A DNA stretch of 62,522 nucleotides, filler included, from Thermodesulfobacteriota bacterium (GTDB lineage: Bacteria; DASVDK01): assembly GCA_036381125.1 (NCBI GenBank). It is 6 parts of 6 records of this genome, joined end to end, with 100 filler letters (N's around TTAATTAATTAA, not from the genome) between each part and the next. Parts side by side here need not be neighbours in the genome. Positions count along the whole stretch, not along the records: positions 48,027 to 56,370 come from DASVDK010000282.1; positions 56,471 to 62,522 come from DASVDK010000287.1; 4 more parts are not named here. The stretch is one strand, 5' to 3'. Below, piece after piece: positions 49,278 to 58,049 of this stretch. The notes beneath the pieces are model-generated. The model made no database searches and was not told the DNA's origin. It saw nothing but the letters and a program-made list of their open reading frames with translations. A program made the translations under genes and the position numbers. Positions within the stretch are counted from its first letter, which is position 1. Each line of letters opens with the position of its first letter.

Positions 49278-50006
49278 TCACGTCGGGCGCCTGGGGCCGA
49301 ACAGGGCCGTGCCGACCCGGACCAGCGTCGCCCCCTCCTCCACGGCCGCCTCGAAGTCGTCCGACATCCCCATGGACAGCTCCGACAGCGCCGAGCGCGG
49401 CAGCCCGGCCTCCACGAGCCGGTCCCGCAGCCGGCGCATCGCGGCAAACGGGGCGCGTGCCGCGTCGGGCGAAGAGGCGGGCGCCGGGATGGCCATCAGA
49501 CCGCGCACCGACAGGCCCGGCAGCGCGAGGAGCCGCTCGACCAGACGCGCGGCGTCGTCCGGCGCGACGCCGGCCTTGGTCGGCTCGCCGCTGATGTTCA
49601 CCTGCACGAGGACCGGCAGCGAGCGCCCCTCCGCATGGGCCCGCCGGGCCAGCGCCTCGCCGAGCGACTCCCGATCGACCGAGTGGACGAGGGCGAAGTG
49701 TCGCACGGCGTCGCGGGCCTTGTTCCGCTGGAGCGGGCCGACGAGGTGCCACTCGGCCCCCGCCGCCGCGCGACGGACCGCCGGGTCGGGATGCGCGGCC
49801 AACGCCGCCTGCTTGGCCACCGCCTCCTGCACGTAGTTCTCGCCGAAGCAGGTCTGCCCGGCCAGCAGCGCCTCGGCGAGCCGCTCGGCGGGCTGCAGCT
49901 TGGACACCGCCACGAGCCTGACCTCGGCCGGGTCTCGCCCCGCCCGGCGGGCGGCGGCGTCGATGCGCGCCCGGACGGCCGACAGCCGGTCGGCGAATTC
50001 GCTCAT
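49278..50006 (-). CDS. yggS: PLP homeostasis protein
   Basis: 'LVAVSK', 'FGENYVQE', 'WH.VG.LQRNK', '[11 protein letters not shown]', 'VRVGTALFG'. Confidence 0.95.
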   Translation of the reverse strand: MSEFADRLSAVRARIDAAARRAGRDPAEVRLVAVSKLQPAERLAEALLAGQTCFGENYVQEAVAKQAALAAHPDPAVRRAAAGAEWHLVGPLQRNKARDAVRHFALVHSVDRESLGEALARRAHAEGRSLPVLVQVNISGEPTKAGVAPDDAARLVERLLALPGLSVRGLMAIPAPASSPDAARAPFAAMRRLRDRLVEAGLPRSALSELSMGMSDDFEAAVEEGATLVRVGTALFGPRRPT

Positions 50007-50620
50007 CCCCGGCTCCCGAAGGCCCCCGGGCCGCCGAGGGCGACGAGCGCCTCGAGCACCTCGGCGAGCGGGAGGCCGATCACGTTCGTCACCGATCCCT
50101 CCACGGCAGTCACCATGAACGCGCCGGCGCCCTGGATGGCGTATGCACCGGCCTTGCCGAACGGCTCGCCCGTGGCGACGTAGCCGTCGATCTCGGCCCG
50201 CGAGAGCCGCTTCACCCGCACGCGGGTCGTCACGACCGACGCCACGCGCCGCCCCGCTGCCGCGCCCGCGGCCCCGGCGACGACGAAGCCGGTGTGCACC
50301 TCGTGCGTCCGGCCGGAGAGCCGCTCGAGCATCGCGGCCGCCTCGGCCGCGTCGGCCGGCTTGCCGAGCGACCGGCCGTCGATCGCCACGATTGTATCGG
50401 CCGCGATCACGAGCGCCGGCCCCGGCTCGAGCAGCCGGCAGGCGGCGTCGGCCTTGAGGCCGGCGAGCCTGCCGGCGGCCGCGTCGGGCGCCTCGCCCGG
50501 GAGCAGGCGCTCGTCCACGTCGGCCGGCGCCACCTCCGGCGCCAGACCGATGCGCCTCAGCAGGTCGAGGCGGCGCGGCGACGCGGAGGCGAGGACGATC
50601 CGCACGTCTTGACGGGTCAT
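50003..50620 (-). CDS. maf: Maf nucleotide pyrophosphatase
   Basis: 'LASASPRR', 'ADTIV', 'GKP', 'KAGAYAIQG', 'NVIGLP'. Confidence 0.95.
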   Translation of the reverse strand: MTRQDVRIVLASASPRRLDLLRRIGLAPEVAPADVDERLLPGEAPDAAAGRLAGLKADAACRLLEPGPALVIAADTIVAIDGRSLGKPADAAEAAAMLERLSGRTHEVHTGFVVAGAAGAAAGRRVASVVTTRVRVKRLSRAEIDGYVATGEPFGKAGAYAIQGAGAFMVTAVEGSVTNVIGLPLAEVLEALVALGGPGAFGSRG

Positions 50621-50645
50621 CGGGGGTGTGGTAGCACGGCCGGCC
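50621..50645. promoter_or_regulatory. Putative bidirectional leaderless promoter
   Basis: Only 25 bp between divergent ATGs; near-palindrome GTGGTAGCAC gives TG-n-TAGCAC (+) and TG-n-TACCAC (-). Confidence 0.55.
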
Positions 50646-51038
50646 ATGAAGACGCTCAAGCTCCAGACCACGTCACGGGTCGAGATGGTCGACATGACCG
50701 AGCCGATCCGCCGGGTGGTGCGCGAGAGCGGGGTCATGTCGGGGCTCTGCTTCGTGTTCTGCCCACACACGACCGGCGCCGTCACGCTCAACGAGAACAC
50801 CGACCCCGACGTCCGCACCGACTTCGACCGGGCGCTCGCCGCGGCCGTCCCGCGACAGGGTCCCTACGTGCACTCGGAGGGGAACTCGGACGCGCACGTC
50901 AAGGCGAGCCTGATCGGGTCGAGCGTCACGATGCTCGTCGAGAACGGCAAGCTCGTCCTCGGTCAGTGGCAGGCCGTCTACTTCTGCGAGTTCGACGGCC
51001 CCCGCAGCCGAACCCTGGTCGTCAAGGTCCTCGGCTGA
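50646..51038 (+). CDS. yjbQ: YjbQ/UPF0047 family protein
   Basis: 'HTTGAVTLNEN.DPDV', 'H.EGNSDAH.K', 'LGQWQ..YF.EFDGPR'. Confidence 0.93.
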   Translation: MKTLKLQTTSRVEMVDMTEPIRRVVRESGVMSGLCFVFCPHTTGAVTLNENTDPDVRTDFDRALAAAVPRQGPYVHSEGNSDAHVKASLIGSSVTMLVENGKLVLGQWQAVYFCEFDGPRSRTLVVKVLG

Positions 51039-51061
51039 CCGTCGGGCGGCGGCCGGGCGCG

Positions 51062-53086
51062 CTAGCGCGGCGGCGTCACGCCGATCCGGTTCTTGCCGGC
51101 CGCCTTGGCCGCGTAGAGGGCCTTGTCCGCCCGGACGATCAGCTCGCGCAGCGACGAGGCGTCGTCCGGGAACTCGGCCACGCCGGCGCTGATCGTGAGC
51201 CGGATGCTCTCCCCCTCGACGATGTGCGTCAGCGCCTCGACCTCCCGCACGATCCGTTCCGCGATGGCGGTCGCCTCCGCTCGCCCCGTCTCGGGCAGGA
51301 TCACCGCGAACTCCTCCCCGCCGTAGCGCGCCACGATGTCCATCGTGCGCACCGCCCCTCGGATGCTCGCCGCCGTGAGCCGCAGCGCCTCGTCGCCCTC
51401 CACGTGCCCGTGCGTGTCGTTGAAGGCCTTGAAGCCGTCGATGTCGATCATGACGAGGCTCACGTGCGACTTCGTCCGCGTCGCGCGGTCGATCTCCTCG
51501 GTGAGGCGCTCCTCGAAGTAGTGCCGGTTGAGGAGCCCGGTGAGGCCGTCGGTGATCGAGATCTGCTTGAGCGCCTCGGAGCGCTCGTAGAAGGCCGAGC
51601 GCTCGATGGCGATGGCCGCCTGGGCGGCGACGGCCGAGAGCAGGGTGAGGTCGGTCTCGTCGAACGCCTCGCCGCCGATCTTGTCGGCCAGGTTGAGGAC
51701 GCCGATGGTCCGCCCCTTCACGAGCAGCGGCAGGCTCACGAACGAGCGGCTCTTGAAGCGGGGCCGGTTGCGCCGGCCGACGCGCGCGTCGGACTCGACG
51801 TCGCGCACGAGCATCGCCTCGCGGGTGGCGGCCACCATCCCGGCGATCCCCTCCCCCGGCCGGATCCGGAACTGCTCGACGATCCGCTCGTGCAGCCCCT
51901 TGGTCGCCTTGATGGCCAGGTCGCCGCGGGTCTCGTCGAGGAGCATGAGGGAGCCGAGGCTCGCGCCGACCATGGCCGAGGCGCTCTCGAGGATCATGCG
52001 GAAGAGCTCGGTCGAGTCGAGCGCGGACGACACCGCGCCGCCGACCTCGGCGAGGGCCGCGAGGTCGCGGTCGCGACGGGCCACCTCGAGCCGCAGGCGC
52101 CGCGTCTCGAGGGCGACGCCCGCCTGCCTGGCGAAGGCCGCGACGAGGTCCACGTCGGCGCGTCCGAGGTCGGCATTGACCAGGACCAGGAGCGAGCCGC
52201 TCCCGTCGGCCATCGGGAAGGCGTGGACGCTCTGCGCCTCCCCCGGGAAGCCCGACTTGAGGATCTCGTACACGTCGCGCGTCTCGATCGGCTGCGCGGG
52301 CCCCTCGGGCGCGGCAAGGGCCCGGCCGAGGGCGCCGGTGCCGCCGGGCCGAACGACGAGCCCGGTCAGGTCGAGGCCCGGCGAGCCGAAGGCGGCCACC
52401 GCACGGTAGGCGTCCGCCCCCGGCTCCCGCGTCAGGATGGCCGCGGCGGGCACGTCGAACAGCACGGCGATCGCCTGAAGCGCGAGCTGCTCGCCGTCGG
52501 CGGCCGCACCGGGTTCGACGAGGTCGGGGACGAGCGCGAAGAGCGTGGAGGCGCGGTCCACCTGACGGCGCGCCCGGTCGGCCTCGCCGAGGCCGCCCAG
52601 GACCGATCGGGCTACCCGGTCGAGCGTCTGCACCAGGGCGCGGAACGCGACGGGCGCGAGGACCGGCAGGCTCTGGAGGAGGGCGTCGAGCCCGTCCGCG
52701 TCGAGCCCGAGGTCGAGCGCGAGCCGCTGGCGGTGGCCCTCGTCGGGCGGCGCCGGGAAGGCGTGCCCCCCCACGAGGAAGACGCGCCCCTGCGGCGTGT
52801 CGACCGGCACGACGAAGGCCTGAAGCCCCGTCGACGCCAGGTACGTGATCGGCTCCCCGCGCACCCTGGCGGCGAGGAGGGCCCGCTCGCGCGACGGCTC
52901 CCCGCGCGCCTCGACCCGCTCGGCCGCCGGAGGCAGGACGCCCGAGGGGGCCGACCAGGCCGCGCCCGACCCGCCCAGCAGCACGATGCGCAGCCCCGAC
53001 AGGCGCGCAAGCCCGTCCTGGATCGGTTGCCAGACGTCGCGGTGCGCGAAGTCGGACTGGCGGGTGGCTGGGAGCGGCGTGGCCAT
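51062..53086 (-). CDS. Diguanylate cyclase (PocR-like/GAF/GAF/GGDEF)
   Basis: 'D.LTGL.NR', 'DIDGFK.FND..GH..GD', I-site 'RTMD', 'RYGGEEF'; GAF 'GEGIAG.V'. Confidence 0.93.
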   Translation of the reverse strand: MATPLPATRQSDFAHRDVWQPIQDGLARLSGLRIVLLGGSGAAWSAPSGVLPPAAERVEARGEPSRERALLAARVRGEPITYLASTGLQAFVVPVDTPQGRVFLVGGHAFPAPPDEGHRQRLALDLGLDADGLDALLQSLPVLAPVAFRALVQTLDRVARSVLGGLGEADRARRQVDRASTLFALVPDLVEPGAAADGEQLALQAIAVLFDVPAAAILTREPGADAYRAVAAFGSPGLDLTGLVVRPGGTGALGRALAAPEGPAQPIETRDVYEILKSGFPGEAQSVHAFPMADGSGSLLVLVNADLGRADVDLVAAFARQAGVALETRRLRLEVARRDRDLAALAEVGGAVSSALDSTELFRMILESASAMVGASLGSLMLLDETRGDLAIKATKGLHERIVEQFRIRPGEGIAGMVAATREAMLVRDVESDARVGRRNRPRFKSRSFVSLPLLVKGRTIGVLNLADKIGGEAFDETDLTLLSAVAAQAAIAIERSAFYERSEALKQISITDGLTGLLNRHYFEERLTEEIDRATRTKSHVSLVMIDIDGFKAFNDTHGHVEGDEALRLTAASIRGAVRTMDIVARYGGEEFAVILPETGRAEATAIAERIVREVEALTHIVEGESIRLTISAGVAEFPDDASSLRELIVRADKALYAAKAAGKNRIGVTPPR

Positions 53087-53096
53087 GGGACCGCTG

Positions 53097-54848
53097 TCAC
53101 GCGGCGGCGCCGCCGCCGGCCGCCTCCGCCAGGAGCGGCGCCCCCTCGGCGGCGTCCGTCCCCGTCCCGTCGCGGTCGAGCAGCTCCACGAACCGATCGA
53201 CCAGATCGGGGTCGAACTGGGTGCGCCGGTGGGCGCGCAGCTCCGCGACGGCCGCCTCCACCGAGAGGGCCGGGCCGTACGCGCGCTCGCGCGTCATGGA
53301 ATCGAACGCCTCGGCGATCGACACGATGCGGGTCTCGAGCGCGAGGTCCTCGCCGCAGCGGCCGTCGGGGTAGCCGGCCCCGTCGAAGCGCTCGTGATGG
53401 TCGCGGACCACGGCCCGCGCCTCCCCGAGGAACTCCACCGGCTCGAGCATCTGGTGCCCCAGCACCGGATGCTCCCGCATGACCGCCAGCTCGGTCGGGG
53501 TGAGCCGGTCGCGCTTGCCGCTGATCGCGGTGCTGATGAGGGCCTGGCCCACGTCGTGGAGCACGGCGGCCCGCCTGAGGACCGTCTGACGCGCCTCGTC
53601 GAGGCCGATGGCGCGCGCGAGCCTGAGCGAGAAGAAGGCGACGTTGTCCGAGTGGTCCACGCGGGCCGGGTCACGCGCCTCGATGCTCCGCACGAGCGCG
53701 TGCATGGAGGCGAGGTACCCCTGCTCGACCGCCGCGGCCTGCTGCGCCTGGTAGAGCGCCACGCCGGCCTGCGCGGCCAGGGTGACCAGCAGCTCGAGGT
53801 CGCCGCTCGAGAACGGGGCCTGCTTGCCGGTGCGGTTGAGGATGAGCGTGCCGAGGATCCGGTCGCGCACCGCCACCGGGACGCAGGCGATCCGCTCGCC
53901 GTTGCGGCCGGCCCGCTCCTGCGGGAGGACACGGGGATCACGCGACGCGTCGGGGACGACCAGGGGGCGGCCCGTCTCCGCCACCCAGCCCTGGATCCCC
54001 TCCCCGCGACGGATCTCCGCGATCGGGATCGCGCCGCCGCCGAGCACGAAGCGCGGCCGCAGCGACTCGGGCTGCCCCTCGTCGAGCAGCCGGAGGGCCG
54101 CGGCGTCGGCGCCGAGCAGCCGCGCCGCCTCCCGGACGACCAGCTCGGCGATGGTCCCGCCGTCGCGCCGTCCGGCGAGCGACGCCGAGAGCGCCGCCAC
54201 GGCGCGCATCTGGGCGAGCCGGGTGTCGAGGGTCGCCTTCTGCCGCTGGATCAGCTTGAGCGTCTCGCCGATGCGCGAGGCCGCCTCGCGCGCCGCCTCG
54301 AGTTCCCGGGCGAGTCGCGCGTTGGCGCGCTCGAGGTCGTTGGCCCGCCGGGTCTCGGCCTCGAGGCGGGCCGTCACGACCTCGTACGAGCCGGCGCGCG
54401 CGCGGGCCGCCTCGAGCCGGCGGCGCCGCGTCTCGCGCGCCCGCTCGAACGCCGCCACGACGTCGCGGGGCAGCCAGGGGGCGGCCAGCACGCCGGCGGC
54501 CCCGAGCGCGCGGGCGCGCGCCGCGAGCGCCGGATCCGGCGCGAGCGCCAGGAGGATCACCGGGAGGTCCGGGTGGCTCTCGCGCAGCCGGACCAGGTCG
54601 CTCGCCGTCTCGGCCGGCGGCCGGCCCGAGCCGTTCAGGAGGAGCACGTCGGGCGCCTCGCCCTGGGCGATCGCGACCTCCGCGTCCTCCAGGCTCGTCA
54701 CCCGACGGACGGCGAACTTCCTGTCGGTGAGCACGCTGAAGTACTCGTCGGTGAAGTGGTTGGCCCTGTCGATCAGGACCACCGACGACGAAGACACGAC
54801 GGCCTGCTTCTCCCCGAGGTATGCCCGCCGAGGGGCGAATGGCGTCAC
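53097..54848 (-). CDS. HD-GYP phosphodiesterase with pseudo-receiver, coiled coil and GAF (start uncertain)
   Basis: 'HS..V', 'LHDVG', 'HHERFDGAGYPDG', 'TQFDP'. Confidence 0.88.
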   Translation of the reverse strand: MTPFAPRRAYLGEKQAVVSSSSVVLIDRANHFTDEYFSVLTDRKFAVRRVTSLEDAEVAIAQGEAPDVLLLNGSGRPPAETASDLVRLRESHPDLPVILLALAPDPALAARARALGAAGVLAAPWLPRDVVAAFERARETRRRRLEAARARAGSYEVVTARLEAETRRANDLERANARLARELEAAREAASRIGETLKLIQRQKATLDTRLAQMRAVAALSASLAGRRDGGTIAELVVREAARLLGADAAALRLLDEGQPESLRPRFVLGGGAIPIAEIRRGEGIQGWVAETGRPLVVPDASRDPRVLPQERAGRNGERIACVPVAVRDRILGTLILNRTGKQAPFSSGDLELLVTLAAQAGVALYQAQQAAAVEQGYLASMHALVRSIEARDPARVDHSDNVAFFSLRLARAIGLDEARQTVLRRAAVLHDVGQALISTAISGKRDRLTPTELAVMREHPVLGHQMLEPVEFLGEARAVVRDHHERFDGAGYPDGRCGEDLALETRIVSIAEAFDSMTRERAYGPALSVEAAVAELRAHRRTQFDPDLVDRFVELLDRDGTGTDAAEGAPLLAEAAGGGAAA

Positions 54849-54954
54849 GCGTGACGGAGAACTGAGAGGAAGATCACCTCTCAGGAGCCCAAGCTACAGC
54901 TTCGGCTCCCGAAAATCAAGGACGGTGGTGCCGGCGACGCGGCGACCCCTCCGA

Positions 54955-55337
54955 AGCGAGGGCCGGATTCACTCCGGCCCGAGCGAGTGACGTGCCGGGG
55001 AGGTTGCGCCGCTCTCGCGGCGCGAGTCGCTGCGCCCGCTGGCGACTTGTCAGGAGGGGGACAGGTGTCGGAGACTCCGCCGGCCCTCCTGGAGCGGAGG
55101 GCGGATTCACTCCGCCCGGAGCGATTGAGAGAATGGGGAGGTTGCGCCGCTCTCGCGGCGCGAGTCGCTGTGCCCGCTGGCGACTTGTCAGGAGGGGGGC
55201 GGAGGGCCGGTGACGGAGACACCGGCGGCGCTTCTGGAGCGAGGGCCGGATTCACTCCGGCCCGAGCGAGTGACGTAACGGGGAGGTTGTCAGGAGGGGG
55301 GCGGAGGGCCGGCGAATGCCGGCCCGGAGTCCCCCTC
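54955..55337. repeat. Tandem array of about 140-bp multi-hairpin (REP/BIME-like) units
   Basis: Hairpin with TTCAC loop at 54960, 55099 and 55243; 64-nt block at 54997-55060 and 55135-55198 (one mismatch); shortened third copy at 55280-55300. Confidence 0.9.
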
Positions 55338-55343
55338 TTGACT

Positions 55344-56102
55344 CTATGCCACGAGCGCCGCGCGGCGGCGGATGCGGACGAAGCGGGTGATGAGCGAGCG
55401 GCCGGCGTCGGACAGGTCGCGGAAGGCGATCCCCATGCCCGGTCCGCAGTCGCGCTTGCGTCGCTCCGGGTGGGCGTTGACCCACGCGACCCGGCCGGTC
55501 GCGGTGACCGGTGCGCCCGCCTGGTCGACCGGCAGGGCGAAGGAGAGCGCGAGGTCGGTGCCGCAGTCGGCCGGCTCGGGCGTCTCGACGAAGAGGCCGC
55601 CGGCGCTGATGTTGACCGCCCGGCCCGCACGCCCCACGCGGTCCGAGGCCGGTCCGAACTCGACCGGCACGTCGACCGGGACGCGGACCCGCTGGAAGGC
55701 GCGCTCGTCGACGAGGCCCGTGATCTTCCGGACGAGGGGGCCTCGGCGAATCGGCTTGAGCACGTAGTCGTCGCATCCCGCCTCGACGCAGCGCGCCACC
55801 TCGTTCGGGTCCCCGCCCGAGGTGACCATGATGACCGGGACGTCCGCCAGGTCCGGCTCGCCGCGGATCGCGCGGCAGGTGGCCGCGCCGTCCATCTCCG
55901 GCATGTAGAGGTCGAGCAGCACCAGGTCGGGCCGCTCGCGCCGCGCGATCTCGAGCGCCTCCCGCCCGTTCTCGGCGGAGAGGATCTCGTACCCGGTGCC
56001 GCCGAGGACGACGTGCACGAGGTCGCGGAAGAGCTTCACGTCGTCCACCACCAGGATCCGTTTGCCCCCCTCGCGGGGCGTGCGCGTTGCCAGGTCGGTC
56101 AT
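55344..56102 (-). CDS. Response regulator receiver plus PilZ domain protein
   Basis: 'DLVLLDLYMPEMDG'; PilZ motifs 'RAFQR' (RxxxR) and 'NISAGG'; 'GMGIAF'. Confidence 0.9.
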   Translation of the reverse strand: MTDLATRTPREGGKRILVVDDVKLFRDLVHVVLGGTGYEILSAENGREALEIARRERPDLVLLDLYMPEMDGAATCRAIRGEPDLADVPVIMVTSGGDPNEVARCVEAGCDDYVLKPIRRGPLVRKITGLVDERAFQRVRVPVDVPVEFGPASDRVGRAGRAVNISAGGLFVETPEPADCGTDLALSFALPVDQAGAPVTATGRVAWVNAHPERRKRDCGPGMGIAFRDLSDAGRSLITRFVRIRRRAALVA

Positions 56103-56370
56103 GCGTGTCCTCCAGCGAGGATCCCGCCGGGCCAGGCGCCCGACACCACCGGTCCGTTCGTCACCGGCGCCTCGCTGCCTGCGTCGAGCCAGGGGTACTT
56201 GTCGAGCAGCCGCAGGAAGCGCTCCACGTAGTCGAGGTCGAACTGGGTGCCCGCACAACGCTTGAGCTCCTGGCGCGCCGCGTCGCGCGAGAGGGCGCGC
56301 CGGTAGGGCCGATCGGAGGTCATGGCGTCGTACGCGTCGGCGATGCAGACGATGCGGGCCGTGACGGAGA
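56099..56370 (-). CDS. HD-GYP domain protein, C-terminal fragment
   Basis: 'ARIVCIADAYDAMTSDRPYRRAL...AGTQFD'; cut by contig end. Confidence 0.88.
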
Positions 56371-56470
56371 NNNNNNNNNNNNNNNNNNNNNNNNNNNNNN
56401 NNNNNNNNNNNNNNTTAATTAATTAANNNNNNNNNNNNNNNNNNNNNNNNNNNNNNNNNNNNNNNNNNNN
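56371..56470. other. Artificial contig linker
   Basis: N run with TTAATTAATTAA. Confidence 0.99.
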
Positions 56471-57160
56471 GATCGGCACGACGGCCTGCACCCCGGCCAG
56501 CGCCCACGCCGCCCGCAGCGGCGGGAACAGCCGCAGGAGGGGCCAGTCGGCAAAGAGGACGACATCGCGGGGCCCGTGCTGCGTCAGGCGCCGGCGCAGC
56601 GCCCCTTTTTCCGGGCCAGCTGCTGATGGCCCGGCCGGCCGGTGTAGACGTAGCGCGGCCGCTTCCACCGGTAGCCCAGGGCGTGCAGGCGCCGCCGCAG
56701 CGTACGCGGCGTGACGGGGCAGCCCAGCTGCCAGCCCACGCACCTCGCCAGCAGCGGTACCGTCCAGGTCGTCGCGCACAGTCCCAGCTCCCGCGGGTCG
56801 CGCCCGAGGGTGAGGGCCACGAGCCGGGGGGTGAGCTGCCGCGCCGTCGGGGGCCGGCCCGGGCGCGGGCCATCGGCCAGCGCCGCCACGTCGCGGCGCT
56901 GGCGGTAGCGCGCCACCCAGCGGTGGACGCTCGCCCGATCCACGCGCACCCGCCGGGCGGCGTCACTGGGGGGGTGTCCCTCCGCCACCAGGAGCACCGC
57001 CTCGAGCCGACGGTAGACCCGCGCGAGCGGCGCCGTGGCCAGCGCCCGCGCCAGGCGGCGCCGATCCCGCGCCGTAAAGGCCGATCCGGCGTTTCCATGG
57101 CTCATGCCCCGAGTCTGATCCGGAGTGCTCCCTGTCGCAAGACTTTTGGCTACGTACTTA
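56471..57160 (-). mobile_element. IS630-family element, left part, truncated by contig end
   Basis: ORF from 57105 with HTH and wHTH ('WTVPLL', 'LGYRWKRPR'); -1 slippery A AAG GGG near 56602-56608; second frame 'VVLFAD'; probable end at TA 57159-57160. Confidence 0.85.
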
Positions 57161-57241
57161 GTGCCATGAGAGTCTGCTTTGCGTACCGGCCGGGAAGTCG
57201 TCAGCCCCCTGGCGCGTCGGTTCAACACCAATACGAGAGGT

Positions 57242-57670
57242 ATGACGTCTTTCCCACCGTGACAACGCCGGCAAAGGGTCAGGTTGTCATCCTGGCCGAG
57301 ATCCACGAGGAGATCGGCCTCAAGCCGGGCGGCGCGGTGCGGGCGACGTGGGCCGGAGGGTGGGTGGTGCTGGTCCAGCCCGGTCGGGATGATCCGATCG
57401 GCGCTGCTCACGGGATGCTCGAGGGTGGTCCTCGCTCACCGAGGCCCTCCTTGCGGAGTGCCGTTCTCCCGATCACGCGGAGGCGTTTCTCCTGTCGTTG
57501 GAGAGCCTGCCTATCGATGTCGTGTCCAACACCTTCGAGCACGTCCTCGACGCCGCCCAGATCAAGGCTCGGTTCCCGTCGCGACGGCCGTCCGGACGGG
57601 CACGTCGATCGTGACCAACGAACGCGAGTTCGAGGCCATCGAGCAGCTGGTCGACATCGTCTGGATATAG
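57242..57670 (+). pseudogene. Decayed AbrB/MazE antitoxin plus VapC (PIN) toxin remnants
   Basis: 'KGQVVI.AEI...IGLKPG' out of frame with its ATG; then 'LPIDVV...AAQIKARFP' and 'IVTNEREFEAIEQLVDIVWI' with internal deletions. Confidence 0.7.
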
Positions 57671-57719
57671 CCAACCATGGCTGCGGCGCGAGGAGGTCGA
57701 TCACCGGGGCGGGCAGGGC

Positions 57720-58030
57720 TCGAGCCTCGGTGCCCTCAGATTTCTCGAGAGGGTGGATCAATACGCCAGGGCACGGGATCGATCTCGCAGTGAGCTGGTT
57801 CGGGAGGCGTTCGCGCTCATCGTGCGCCGCGAGCCCAGGAGAGGACGCTCTTGGGCCTCTCATGGCTCGCGTGGCGGCCATCGGGCGGCAGTTCGGCCTG
57901 ACGTTCTACGACGCGTCTTTCCTGGCGCTGGCTGCCGAGCGGGGGTGCCTCTGCGTGACCGCCGATCGGCGTCTGGTGGAGCGGGCGGCCGGGTTTCCCT
58001 GCATCCGGCATCTCTCCGACGTGACGACCG
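57720..58030 (+). pseudogene. Decayed ribbon-helix-helix antitoxin plus VapC C-terminal remnant
   Basis: 'VDQYARARDRSRSELVREA' (CopG/RHH) then 'GLTFYDASFLALA....CVTADRRL' (PIN C-half) with the N-half missing. Confidence 0.7.
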
Positions 58031-58049
58031 GCTCTGAAGCCTCCCAGCC

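Noticed and set aside
54955-55337. Hairpin array as a CRISPR array or c-di-GMP riboswitch
   Set aside because: Period of about 140 nt with 64-nt conserved blocks does not fit CRISPR; no recognisable GEMM consensus
54881-55630. ORFs crossing the hairpin array with repeated peptides
   Set aside because: Peptide repeats simply mirror the DNA repeats; conservation follows base pairing, not codons
14125-56470. Five identical N/TTAATTAATTAA blocks that look like a repeat family
   Set aside because: Artificial contig linkers; neighbourhoods across them (phage-lhr, CRISPR-GH57, HD-GYP-IS630) are not biological
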